Assembly: GCA_965214605.1 (NCBI GenBank)
Contig: OZ243961.1
Span: 288,001 to 352,000, forward strand
Reading direction: 5' to 3'
Source: an uncultured Candidatus Binatia bacterium
Lineage (GTDB): Bacteria; Desulfobacterota; Binatia; Bin18
DNA length: 64,000 bases
The notes below the pieces were generated by a model. The model was not told where the DNA came from and searched no databases. It saw only the letters and a program-made list of their open reading frames with translations. Shown in pieces: positions 31,378 through 40,589 of this stretch. Position 1 is the stretch's first letter, and every line of letters starts with the position of its first letter. Made by a program: the position numbers and the translations under genes.

Positions 31378-32571
31378 CTAGCGCCCTTTGGGCATCTCCA
31401 GTACCCGTTCGGCAATAATATTGCGCAGGATTTCCGACGTGCCCCCTTCAATCGTGTTCGCTTTTGAACGAATGAAGCCGTATTGCCAGTAGGCGTTGTT
31501 GTCCCCGTCAACGTCTTGATACAGCTGGGCGTAGGGCCCCTGCATATCAACCGCCAGTGCTTGGAGGCGTTGATTCGACTCGGCCCAGTGCAGCTTCGCA
31601 ATCGACCCCTCGGCTCCTGGCGGCGTGCCGCGCAAAAGTTTTGTCAGCGTGCGATAGTTGTTGAGCTTTAACACCTCACTATCAATATAGGCCTGGGCCA
31701 TTCTCTGCCGAACGTGGGGCGAATCCTTAAGCGGCTCACCGTAACGGGTCTCCCCGTGGACCTTTTGCCGGAGATCCTGATAGGCGCGCTGCATGGCAAA
31801 CGTAAAGTAGAATCCCAAACCCTGGCGTTCGAACATCAGCGAGGTGATAATCACTCGCCAGCCCTGGTCTTTTTCACCCAAAAGCTGAGCCTTAGGAACT
31901 TTGACGTCTTCGAAGAACACCTCGTTGAACTCACTCTCGCCAGTCATAGTCCGCAGCGGCTGAACATTGATGCCGGGACTGTTCATATCGACCAGCAGGG
32001 CCGAGAGGCCCTGGTGCTTTGGCGCGGTGGGATTGGTCCGTACCAGGAGCAGACACCAGTCCGCATAATTGGCTAAACTCGTCCACACTTTTTGCCCGTT
32101 GACAATAAAAGTGTCCCCCTCTTCCTTGGCCTGGGTTTGCAGAGAGCCCAGATCCGATCCTGAGTTGGGCTCCGAGTACCCTTGGCTCCAGACCTCTTCT
32201 CCGCTGAGAATTTTTGACAGATATCTTCTCTTTTGGTCTTCCGTGCCGTGTGTAATGATCGTTGGTCCAACGATCTCCAGTCCCAACACATTCATCAAGG
32301 CCGGCGCTTGATGCGCCGCCATCTCTTCATCAAAGATCATCCGTTCAACCAGCGAGGCCCCTCTGCCGCCGTACTCCTTGGGCCACGAGAGGCCCGCCCA
32401 GCCGCCTTCGTAGACCGTTTTTTGCCAGTCTTTCAGGAACGTGAGATCGGCCGACGACGCTTGGGGATGCAGGTGGCGCAGCTGGCCGCTGTTGGGCGGG
32501 ACATGGGTCGAGAGCCAGGACCGGAGTTCACGTCGGAAGGTTTCCTGTTGGGGGGTAAAGGTGAAATCCAT
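31378..32571 (-). CDS. Acyl-CoA dehydrogenase (FadE-like)
   Basis: WPKEYGGRG, QGYSEPNSGSDL, NGQKVWTS, FNEVFF and IEGGTSEI. Confidence 0.95.
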   Translation of the reverse strand: MDFTFTPQQETFRRELRSWLSTHVPPNSGQLRHLHPQASSADLTFLKDWQKTVYEGGWAGLSWPKEYGGRGASLVERMIFDEEMAAHQAPALMNVLGLEIVGPTIITHGTEDQKRRYLSKILSGEEVWSQGYSEPNSGSDLGSLQTQAKEEGDTFIVNGQKVWTSLANYADWCLLLVRTNPTAPKHQGLSALLVDMNSPGINVQPLRTMTGESEFNEVFFEDVKVPKAQLLGEKDQGWRVIITSLMFERQGLGFYFTFAMQRAYQDLRQKVHGETRYGEPLKDSPHVRQRMAQAYIDSEVLKLNNYRTLTKLLRGTPPGAEGSIAKLHWAESNQRLQALAVDMQGPYAQLYQDVDGDNNAYWQYGFIRSKANTIEGGTSEILRNIIAERVLEMPKGR

Positions 32572-32588
32572 GGCGGTACTCCTTTGAG

Positions 32589-34034
32589 CTATGCTGAGAG
32601 TTTTGTCTTCAACAATTGGTTGACGAGTTGCGGATTCGCTCTCCCCTGGGTCGCCCTCATGATCTGGCCAACAAAGAAGCCGAGCAGTTTTTTCTTCCCA
32701 CCCCGGTAGGCGGCAACCTGATCTGCATTGGCGGCCATGACCTGATCAATCTGGGCTTCGAGTGTGGCGGTATCGCTGACCTGAAGCAGCCCTTGAGCGT
32801 GAATGATTGCGTCCGGGGGCTGGCCGCTGCTGCGCATTTGGTCAAAGACGGTTTTTGCAATTTTGCCGCTGATTTGGCCGTCGTGGATCAGGCTGACGAG
32901 CTGTGCGAGGTGCGCAGGCGGACACGGCCAGCGGGAAATATGCAGCCGATTGTCGAGTGTCTCGTCTTTGAGCACGCGCAGCACGCTGTCCATCACCCAG
33001 TTGCTCAGCGATTTTGGATCGACCGCCTGAGCGTGCACCGCCTCTTCATAATAGTCGGCAACGTCCTTATGGGCGGTTAAGACCGCAGCGTTGTAGGCCG
33101 GAAGGCCGTATGCCTCGATAAAGCGCCTTTGTCGGTCGGTCGGGAGCTCCGGCAAGCTGGTTTTGAGGGCTGCCACCCAGGTGTCGTCAACGACAAGGGG
33201 GAGTAAATCTGGGTCGGGAAAGTAGCGATAATCGTGGGCAAACTCTTTGGTGCGCATTGAGCGGGTGACTTCCCGCTCAGCATCCCACAGCCGGGTTTCC
33301 TGTACAATCCTTTCGCCCGATTCGGTGGCCCGTATCTGACGGGTCCTCTCGTACGCAATCGCCTTTTCGACCGCTCTGAACGAATTGACATTTTTAATTT
33401 CGGTGCGGGTCCCCAACTCGGCACTGCCGCGCGGTCGAATTGACACATTGGCATCGCAGCGCAGGCTGCCCTCTTCCATATTGCCGTCACACACTTCGAG
33501 ATACCGCAGCAGGGTGCGCAAGGTGCGCATATACGCCCCGGCCTCTTCAGGGCTGCGTATATCCGGCTCACTGACAATTTCCAAGAGCGGCACCCCGGTG
33601 CGGTTCAGATCCACCAAACTCGCCTCCCCCTCGGCGTCGTGAATATTCTTGCCGGCGTCCTCTTCCATATGAATCCGGGTCAGGCGCACCCGTGTGGTCC
33701 GATCCTGAAGCGGCACGTCAAGATAGCCGTGCTCGGCAATGGGGAGCTCATACATGCTGATCTGATAGCCCTTGGGCAGATCTGGGTAAAAATAATTCTT
33801 GCGTGCCCAGCGACTGTGGGCTGCAATCCGGCAGTGGGTGGCCAGGGCAGTCTTGAGGGCATAATCGACCACCCGTTTGTTGAGGACCGGCAACACCCCG
33901 GGGAGTCCCATACACACCGGGCAGGTGTTATGGTTGGGCGCGGCGCCGAACTGGGTCGAGCACCCGCAAAAAATCTTTGACTCGGTCAACAGTTGGGCGT
34001 GGACTTCAAGGCCGATAACGGATTCGTATTCCAT
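32589..34034 (-). CDS. gatB: Asp/Glu-tRNA amidotransferase subunit B
   Basis: [42 protein letters not shown] and GFFVGQIM. Confidence 0.98.
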   Translation of the reverse strand: MEYESVIGLEVHAQLLTESKIFCGCSTQFGAAPNHNTCPVCMGLPGVLPVLNKRVVDYALKTALATHCRIAAHSRWARKNYFYPDLPKGYQISMYELPIAEHGYLDVPLQDRTTRVRLTRIHMEEDAGKNIHDAEGEASLVDLNRTGVPLLEIVSEPDIRSPEEAGAYMRTLRTLLRYLEVCDGNMEEGSLRCDANVSIRPRGSAELGTRTEIKNVNSFRAVEKAIAYERTRQIRATESGERIVQETRLWDAEREVTRSMRTKEFAHDYRYFPDPDLLPLVVDDTWVAALKTSLPELPTDRQRRFIEAYGLPAYNAAVLTAHKDVADYYEEAVHAQAVDPKSLSNWVMDSVLRVLKDETLDNRLHISRWPCPPAHLAQLVSLIHDGQISGKIAKTVFDQMRSSGQPPDAIIHAQGLLQVSDTATLEAQIDQVMAANADQVAAYRGGKKKLLGFFVGQIMRATQGRANPQLVNQLLKTKLSA

Positions 34035-34107
34035 AGCTCAATTTTTTGCTGCAGCCAGACAGAGAGAACGATGACGGCCGCCCCGGTAAGAGCATTGTGT
34101 CGGGTGC

Positions 34108-35568
34108 TCAAATGGAGGGTTTTCTCGTCTGCCACTCAGTGGCCTGCTCATAGGCATAGCCGGCCTGCAGCAGCGTCTCCTCACCAAACGGTGCTCCAAT
34201 CAGTTGGAGGCTGATCGGCAGCCCCTGGGTGTCAAATCCACACGGGACCGACAGCCCCGGCAGCCCGGCGAGGTTGACGGCAATCGTAAAAATGTCTGAC
34301 AAATACATGGTCAGGGGATCGGTGACTTTCTCTCCGATCTGAAATGCTGTTGTTGGCGCGGTCGGTGTGGCAATCATATCGCAGTGCTCAAAGGCGGCCA
34401 GAAAATCCCGCCGAATTAAGTGGCGCACCTTTTGGGCCTTCAAATAGTACGCCTCGTAATAGCCGGCCGACAAGGCGTAGGTGCCGAGCAGAATGCGCCG
34501 TTTGACCTCCGGGCCGAACCCCTGGGCTCTGGTCTGGCGGTACATCTCGGTCAAGCCCGTCGCGTGCTCCGTCCGATAGCCGTACTTCACTCCGTCGTAG
34601 CGGGCAAGGTTTGAGCTCGCCTCGGCCGTGGCAACGATGTAATAGGCGGCGACAGCATAGTCGGTATGCGGCAGGGAGATCGAAACCGGCGCAGCGCCGA
34701 GCGCCTCCAACTCCTCAATCGCGCGGCGGACCGCGCGGGCGACCTCCGGCTGCACGCCCGGCACAAAATACTCTTTGGGAATCCCGACTCTGAGTCCCCG
34801 GACGCCACGCTTGAGCGCCGCCTGATAGTCCGGCACCGGCAGGTCGACCGAGGTCGACTCTCGGGGGTCATGGCCGGCAATGACCTGAAGCAGTGTGGCA
34901 CAGTCGCGCACATCCTTTGTCAGCGGTCCCACCTGATCGAGGGAGGAGGCATAGGCGACGACCCCAAAGCGACTCACCCGCCCATAGGTCGGCTTTAGCC
35001 CGACCACGCCGCAAAATGAGGCTGGCAAACGGATTGAGCCGCCGGTGTCTGTCCCCAGCGCCGCCAAGGCTTGGTCGGCCGCAACGCAGGCTGCCGAACC
35101 GCCCGAAGAACCACCGGGGACTCTCGAAATATCCCACGGGTTTCGGGTTGGGCCGTAGGCCGAGTTCTCGTTCGACGACCCCATGCCGAATTCATCGCAG
35201 TTCACCTTCCCCACAATGACCGCACCGGCGCCTTTGAGGTGATGGGTCACGCTGGCATCGTAGGGCGGTATGAAGTGCTCGAGGATTTTCGAGCCGGCCG
35301 TCGACCGCAGGCCTTTGGTCAGAATAAGATCTTTGATCGCAATCGGAATGCCGCACAGTGGGGGAGGGGACTGCGGGCTGGCTAGGCGGCGGTCTGCCGC
35401 CTCAGCCTGGGCGAGGGCCTGTTTTTCGTCGACCGTGACATAGGAGTGGAGCGTCCCGTCAGTCGCCTGAATTCGTGCAAGAACGGCTCGGGTGAGTTCT
35501 TGTGCGCTGAGTTCACGCGACTGCAACAACGCGCGGGCGTGATGGATGGTGAGGCGGGAGGGGTCCAT
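34108..35568 (-). CDS. gatA: Asp/Glu-tRNA amidotransferase subunit A
   Basis: Amidase signature [30 protein letters not shown] and EVKRRI. Confidence 0.98.
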   Translation of the reverse strand: MDPSRLTIHHARALLQSRELSAQELTRAVLARIQATDGTLHSYVTVDEKQALAQAEAADRRLASPQSPPPLCGIPIAIKDLILTKGLRSTAGSKILEHFIPPYDASVTHHLKGAGAVIVGKVNCDEFGMGSSNENSAYGPTRNPWDISRVPGGSSGGSAACVAADQALAALGTDTGGSIRLPASFCGVVGLKPTYGRVSRFGVVAYASSLDQVGPLTKDVRDCATLLQVIAGHDPRESTSVDLPVPDYQAALKRGVRGLRVGIPKEYFVPGVQPEVARAVRRAIEELEALGAAPVSISLPHTDYAVAAYYIVATAEASSNLARYDGVKYGYRTEHATGLTEMYRQTRAQGFGPEVKRRILLGTYALSAGYYEAYYLKAQKVRHLIRRDFLAAFEHCDMIATPTAPTTAFQIGEKVTDPLTMYLSDIFTIAVNLAGLPGLSVPCGFDTQGLPISLQLIGAPFGEETLLQAGYAYEQATEWQTRKPSI

Positions 35569-35573
35569 GGTCG

Positions 35574-35861
35574 TTAGTCGATGATCTTGGGCACTTTCAA
35601 AAAATCGGCTTGTCGTTGTGGCGCGTTTTGGAGCAGCGCGTCCGCGTCGGCCTCGGTCGTGACCCGATCCTCGCGCAGGCGGCCTGCCATATCAACCGCC
35701 TGGGCCAAGGGCTCAACCCCGTCTGTCTCAAGCTCATTGAGTTTGTCCATGTAGGTCAAGACCTTATCGAAATGGGCCACGAGCTCATCCGTCTCCACGT
35801 CGCTGAGTTGTAGACGGGCCAAAACCGCCACCCGCTGGACTTCTTGTCGCTTCACTCGCAT
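35574..35861 (-). CDS. gatC: Asp/Glu-tRNA amidotransferase subunit C
   Basis: VAVLARL, LRED, LQNAP and FLKVPKII; adjacent to gatA. Confidence 0.95.
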   Translation of the reverse strand: MRVKRQEVQRVAVLARLQLSDVETDELVAHFDKVLTYMDKLNELETDGVEPLAQAVDMAGRLREDRVTTEADADALLQNAPQRQADFLKVPKIID

Positions 35862-36279
35862 AGTGCTGGATATCCTAAAAGAAAGGGCTTGATCCGGCTA
35901 GGGGCTCTCGGCTACTCTCTTGAGCAGGGTGGGGGTGAGCGAGGGCGCTGCGGGGCGCTTTTGTCCGGGACGGCGGAGCGATTTCTGTGGGAGCGGCGCT
36001 GTCATTAGGTGGCCAAAAGATCTGCTGTGGCTGGAGGAGACTGATTGCGGGGCCCGTGTCCGGCGGTTCTTGCTTGAGGGCCGCCGCCTCAGCCGGGCCC
36101 TGAGTGCGGTGACCCGGCGGCACCGGCGGCGCTGTCTCACCCCTCATCTCAGCACCGCCGGTGACCCGCCCCCCGGCTGTGACGTCAAGTGAGAGGCTCC
36201 CTGTGACCGAGCGGGCGGGGCTCGGCGGCCACCGCCAGACTGAGGCGTTTGAGCTCTTCTCCGCTCTCTAGAGGTTTTC

Positions 36280-37560
36280 GTGCTGGATATAAAAATTGTC
36301 CGTGAGCATCCTGAGTTTGTCAAACGTGAGCTCCGCAAGGTTGATTTCCCGGCCGCGGATATTGATGCCTTGCTGGACTGTGACCGCCGGCGGCGTGCGG
36401 CCATCCAAGAAACCGAGGCGCTGCGCGCCTACCGCACCGCCCGCTCAAAAGAGATCCGCCGCATAACCGACCCCGAAGCGCGTCAACAGGCTATTGACGA
36501 AATGCGGGCGGTTGGCGGGCGAGTCCGTCGGCACGAAAAAGAGGTGGCCGCCTGTGAGGAGGAGTTTCAGCGGCGTTTGCTGCTGCTGCCGAACCTCCCG
36601 CATCCGGATGTTCCGGTTGGCAGAGACGAGCACGACAACCGCGTGACGCGACGCGTTGGCGACCGCCGTGCGTTTGCTTTTCCCCCCAAGCCGCACTGGG
36701 AGTTGGCCGAGCAGCTGGGGATTATTGATTTTGCGCGCGGCGTCAAGATTTCCGGGACCCGTTTCTACGTCCTCAAAGGGCTCGGCGCCCGTCTCCAACG
36801 CGCCCTGATCAGTTGGATGCTGGATCTGCATATCACACAGCACGGCTATACCGAGGTCTATCCGCCGGTCATGGTCAAAGAGCAGTGTCTGGTCGGGACC
36901 GGCAACCTGCCTAAATTTGGCGAGAACCTGTACCGGGACAGTGACGAAGACTTTTGGTTTATCCCCACGGCCGAGGTGCCGGTGACCAATCTGTACCGGG
37001 ACGAGCTGCTTGAGGCCGATGCCCTGCCGATTTACCATGTGGCCTACACGCCCTGTTTTCGGCGGGAAAAAATGTCGGCTGGCCGTGATGTGCGCGGCAT
37101 CAAGCGGGGGCATCAGTTTGATAAGGTCGAAATGGTCAAGTTTGTCCGGCCCGAAACCTCAGACGCCGAACTCACCACTCTGGTTGAGAATGCCGAGGAT
37201 GTGTGCCGCGGGCTCGGCCTCTCCCACCGGGTGGTCGAGATGTGTACTGGGGACCTGAGCTTTGTGGCCGCCATGAAGTACGACGTAGAAATATGGGCCC
37301 CGGGCTGCCAAGAGTGGTTAGAAGTCAGCTCGTGCTCGAACTTCCGGGATTTTCAGGCCCGCCGAGCCAAGATTCGCTATCGCCCAGAGCGTGGGGCCAA
37401 ACCGGAATTTGTGCATACCTTAAACGGTTCCGGCCTGGCCCTCCCCCGTGTGTTGATCGCCGTGTTGGAGAATTATCAGCAGGCGGATGGGAGTGTCGAG
37501 ATTCCGGCCGTCGTCCGTCCCTATATGGCTGGCATAGAGCGGATTGGCCCGGCGGTCTGA
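36280..37560 (+). CDS. serS: Serine--tRNA ligase
   Basis: MLDIK, IPTAEVP, HQFDKVE, EVSSCSNF and HTLNGSGLA. Confidence 0.98.
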   Translation: MLDIKIVREHPEFVKRELRKVDFPAADIDALLDCDRRRRAAIQETEALRAYRTARSKEIRRITDPEARQQAIDEMRAVGGRVRRHEKEVAACEEEFQRRLLLLPNLPHPDVPVGRDEHDNRVTRRVGDRRAFAFPPKPHWELAEQLGIIDFARGVKISGTRFYVLKGLGARLQRALISWMLDLHITQHGYTEVYPPVMVKEQCLVGTGNLPKFGENLYRDSDEDFWFIPTAEVPVTNLYRDELLEADALPIYHVAYTPCFRREKMSAGRDVRGIKRGHQFDKVEMVKFVRPETSDAELTTLVENAEDVCRGLGLSHRVVEMCTGDLSFVAAMKYDVEIWAPGCQEWLEVSSCSNFRDFQARRAKIRYRPERGAKPEFVHTLNGSGLALPRVLIAVLENYQQADGSVEIPAVVRPYMAGIERIGPAV

Positions 37561-37652
37561 AGTCGGTGTCGGCACCGTGTCCGGCAGGAGGATGAGCTGG
37601 AGACCCTTGTCGCATACAGCCGTTTGTCCGCTGGCTCAGGGGGCTTGACGGG

Positions 37653-38060
37653 ATGGGAAGGGGCAGATACTTATCGGCCGGACATAGCGGAGTTGTGGCA
37701 CCCGAATCGGAAAAAAAAGAGTCCGGTCAGGAGCGTGAAGACAAGATTGAGCGCCTGACCAAAGAACTCTCCGGTCTCATCAACGAAGCCGGAACCCAGG
37801 GGCGTGAAGAACTGCGGGATTACGCCGTGAGCCTGATTCAGGCAGAGACCGAGACGACGTTAGTTGAAGAGGCGGCCGAACAACCCCAAGGAGGGAGGCA
37901 GACAGGAGGAATGGGGCTTCTCGCCCTCAGTATTCCGCTCTTCCTGATCGGCATCTTTTTGCTCCTTCTCTTTCCTCCAGTTGGCATGGTCATGCTCTTG
38001 TTTGCGGGTGTCATGGTCGTTGGCGGAGGGCTCTATACGCTGCTGTTTCATCGCAAATAG
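37653..38060 (+). CDS. Hypothetical membrane protein with two C-terminal TM helices
   Basis: Charged helical N-terminus and hydrophobic C-terminus; start uncertain; directly upstream of the Rieske gene. Confidence 0.7.
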   Translation: MGRGRYLSAGHSGVVAPESEKKESGQEREDKIERLTKELSGLINEAGTQGREELRDYAVSLIQAETETTLVEEAAEQPQGGRQTGGMGLLALSIPLFLIGIFLLLLFPPVGMVMLLFAGVMVVGGGLYTLLFHRK

Positions 38061-38087
38061 ACCTCACGGCAGGAGGAAACGCGCGAT

Positions 38088-38690
38088 ATGGCCAGAAAAC
38101 CCATCTCAGAAGAAGAACAACGAGAAATCGAAGCGCGGCGCCGTATCGAACAGATTGCCGAACGCAAGAAGCGGGTCTCCGAGCGGGCTGAGCGGAGTGG
38201 TTTGTGGTCTCGGCGCGACTTTTTTGGTCGGCTCAGCTGGGGCGGCTTCGGCCTCGTGTCGCTGATAGGCCTGCTGGCCTTTGTCCGGTCGGCTTTTCCC
38301 CGCGTGCTCTTTTTGCCCCCCTCGAAATTCAAAGCCGGTTTTCCGGGCGATTACCCGGTCGGTGAGGTGAGCGAAAAATACACCCAGGAATTTCGCGTCT
38401 GGATCGTCCGTGAACCCATCGGGCTCTACGCGATCTTTGCCAAATGTACCCACCTCGGCTGCACCCCGCGCTGGTCGGGCTCCGAGAATAAATACAAGTG
38501 CCCCTGCCACGGGAGCGGCTATGACAAGGCCGGCTACAATTTTGAAGGGCCTGCGCCCCGCCCGATGGACCGCTTTGAGCTCTCGCTTGATGAGGAAGGG
38601 CAACTCGAGGTGGATATGAGCAAGATTTTTACCATGCAGCCCGGGGGAGACCCCAACAAGCAACATCCGGACAGTATTCTCAGGATCTAA
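38088..38690 (+). CDS. petC: Rieske 2Fe-2S subunit of a Rieske/cytochrome b complex
   Basis: Tat-like SRRDFF plus TM helix, CTHLGC, CPCHGSGY and GPAPRP. Confidence 0.93.
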   Translation: MARKPISEEEQREIEARRRIEQIAERKKRVSERAERSGLWSRRDFFGRLSWGGFGLVSLIGLLAFVRSAFPRVLFLPPSKFKAGFPGDYPVGEVSEKYTQEFRVWIVREPIGLYAIFAKCTHLGCTPRWSGSENKYKCPCHGSGYDKAGYNFEGPAPRPMDRFELSLDEEGQLEVDMSKIFTMQPGGDPNKQHPDSILRI

Positions 38691-38706
38691 CCAAGGAAGA
38701 CACGCT

Positions 38707-39477
38707 ATGAGCCAGTGGGACGAACTCAAACGCCAGGTGATGGAATCGCAGGCGTGGCAGTCCATCTTTCGCCACGGCTACGAGGACACGCCGCGGAACC
38801 GGATTCTGATGGTGTCGGGCAATGTGTGGCTCCATCTCCATCCGTCTAAAGTCCGCAAGCATTCAACCCGCCTGCGCTTCACCTGGTGCATGGGCGGGAT
38901 TACCTTCCTCATGTTTTTGGTCACGACCATAACCGGGGTGTATCTCATGTTCTACTACCGGCCGGTCGCCGAATACGCCTACGCGGATATCAAATATCTT
39001 GAATTTGATATGCCGTTTGGCATGTTGATGCGCAATATGCACCGCTGGGCGGCGCACGGCATGGTCATTGCCGTCTGGCTCCACATGTTTCGCGTCTTTA
39101 TGACCGGCTCCTATAAGCCGCCGCGCGAATTTAATTGGGTCGTGGGGGTTATTCTGCTGGTGCTCACCCTGTTGCTGTCCTTTACCGGCTACTTATTGCC
39201 CTGGGATCAGCTGTCAATTTGGGCGGTCTCCGTCGGATCGAACATGGGTCGGGCCACACCGCTGTTGGGGCACGAAGGTCCGGGCCGCGAGCTGCTGGGG
39301 GTCAACGCGGTCTATGACGCGCGGGCCTTTCTGTTTGGCGGCGGAGAAATTGGGGCGCATACCCTGCTGCGCTTCTACATTTTGCACTGTATTTTTATCC
39401 CGTTGGTGACCAGTCTGTTCCTGGCGGTCCACTTTTGGCGGATTCGGCGGGACGGATTCTCCGGTCCTCCACTGTAG
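38707..39477 (+). CDS. petB: Cytochrome b6-type N-terminal cytochrome b
   Basis: CMGGIT (heme ci Cys), RNMHRWAAH, LHMFRVF, PPREFNW, FTGYLLPWDQ and RFYILH. Confidence 0.95.
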   Translation: MSQWDELKRQVMESQAWQSIFRHGYEDTPRNRILMVSGNVWLHLHPSKVRKHSTRLRFTWCMGGITFLMFLVTTITGVYLMFYYRPVAEYAYADIKYLEFDMPFGMLMRNMHRWAAHGMVIAVWLHMFRVFMTGSYKPPREFNWVVGVILLVLTLLLSFTGYLLPWDQLSIWAVSVGSNMGRATPLLGHEGPGRELLGVNAVYDARAFLFGGGEIGAHTLLRFYILHCIFIPLVTSLFLAVHFWRIRRDGFSGPPL

Positions 39478-39492
39478 GGGAGGGGAAGAGTC

Positions 39493-39582
39493 ATGCATGT
39501 GCTCGTTGTGCCCATCCTCATGGTCCTGGTGTTATGGGGGCTGTACGTGATTGCCAAGCCCCGCGTCCACAAGGATTCCTAA
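39493..39582 (+). CDS. 29-aa single-TM peptide (MHVLVVPILMVLVLWGLYVIAKPRVHKDS), candidate small subunit
   Basis: Translated by hand; RBS GGGGAGGGG upstream; fills the petB-petD gap. Confidence 0.6.
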   Translation: MHVLVVPILMVLVLWGLYVIAKPRVHKDS

Positions 39583-39600
39583 GCTCTTGCGGAGAGACGT

Positions 39601-40398
39601 ATGGCTGAAGTGACCGCTCCAACGCCACGGGTTGAGGCCTCGCTGAAAAAAGCGGGCAAGCCTGGGGACGACAAAGTCCACACCTGGCCCTTTCTGGTGC
39701 GCAGCGAGTTTCTGTGCACCATCCTCGTCCTGGTCTTTCTGCTCTTCTGGTCGTTGTTGGTCGACGCCCCCCTTGAAGAGCCCGCCAATCCGGGGCGGAC
39801 GCCCAACCCCTCAAAAGCTCCCTGGTATTTCCTGGGGTTACAGGAAATCCTGGTATTTTTTGATCCCTGGCATGCGGGCGTGGTTGCTCCGACCTTTATC
39901 ATTATCGGCCTGATGGTCATTCCCTATATTGACATTAATACCAAAGGGAACGGCTACTATACCTTTCAAGAGCGGAAGTATGAGATTTTGACCTTCCTGT
40001 TTGGCTTTCAGGTCCTGTGGGTGTCCACCGTTATCATTGGGACCTTTCTGCGCGGTCCTGGCTGGAACTGGTTCTGGCCCTGGGAGCCGTGGGACTCCCA
40101 TAAGGTTGAAGCGATGACGAACCAGGATCTGCCCTATTTGGTCGGGCTGCGCGACTACTGGACTTCGGCCGCCTTTGGAGGGGGGTTGGTTGTTCTGTAC
40201 TTTATTGTGGGGACTGTCCTGATGTATTGGTGGGTGGTGTGGCTCAAAGGCCGGGAGTTCATGCACCGCTGGGGAATGGCGCGTTTTGGGCTCACCGCGT
40301 TTCTGTTTCTGAATATGCTCGCCATTGTGGTCAAGATGGTGATGCGCAGTGCTTTCAACATCAAGTACATTATGGTGACACCGTGGCTGAATATATGA
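39601..40398 (+). CDS. petD: Cytochrome b subunit IV-like (C-terminal cytochrome b domain) with extra TM helices
   Basis: PLEEPANP..TPNPSKAPWYFL (PEWY equivalent) and IPYID. Confidence 0.88.
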   Translation: MAEVTAPTPRVEASLKKAGKPGDDKVHTWPFLVRSEFLCTILVLVFLLFWSLLVDAPLEEPANPGRTPNPSKAPWYFLGLQEILVFFDPWHAGVVAPTFIIIGLMVIPYIDINTKGNGYYTFQERKYEILTFLFGFQVLWVSTVIIGTFLRGPGWNWFWPWEPWDSHKVEAMTNQDLPYLVGLRDYWTSAAFGGGLVVLYFIVGTVLMYWWVVWLKGREFMHRWGMARFGLTAFLFLNMLAIVVKMVMRSAFNIKYIMVTPWLNI

Positions 40399-40405
40399 GG
40401 CGCGG

Positions 40406-40579
40406 GTGGTGCTGGGGGTTGCAAAATTTTTACAGGCCTTCGCCTTGGCCGTTGTGGGCTATGCGCTGATGGTCGGCCTGACCGAAGCCAACAGCATGGG
40501 CAAGGAGTTATACCTCCTTGGGGCCGGCGTTGTAGTGTTTTACCTTGGCCGCCTGCTTGAACAGCGGGTGCGGGTCTAA
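40406..40579 (+). CDS. 57-aa two-TM small protein (MVLGVAKFLQAFALAVVGYALMVGL...LYLLGAGVVVFYLGRLLEQRVRV)
   Basis: Translated by hand; GAGG RBS; fills the gap between petD and the cytochrome c gene. Confidence 0.7.
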   Translation: MVLGVAKFLQAFALAVVGYALMVGLTEANSMGKELYLLGAGVVVFYLGRLLEQRVRV

Positions 40580-40589
40580 GTTGGGACGT

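Noticed and set aside
35875-36279. T-box leader upstream of serS
   Set aside because: No T-box consensus (GGTGGNACC) or terminator/antiterminator structure seen.
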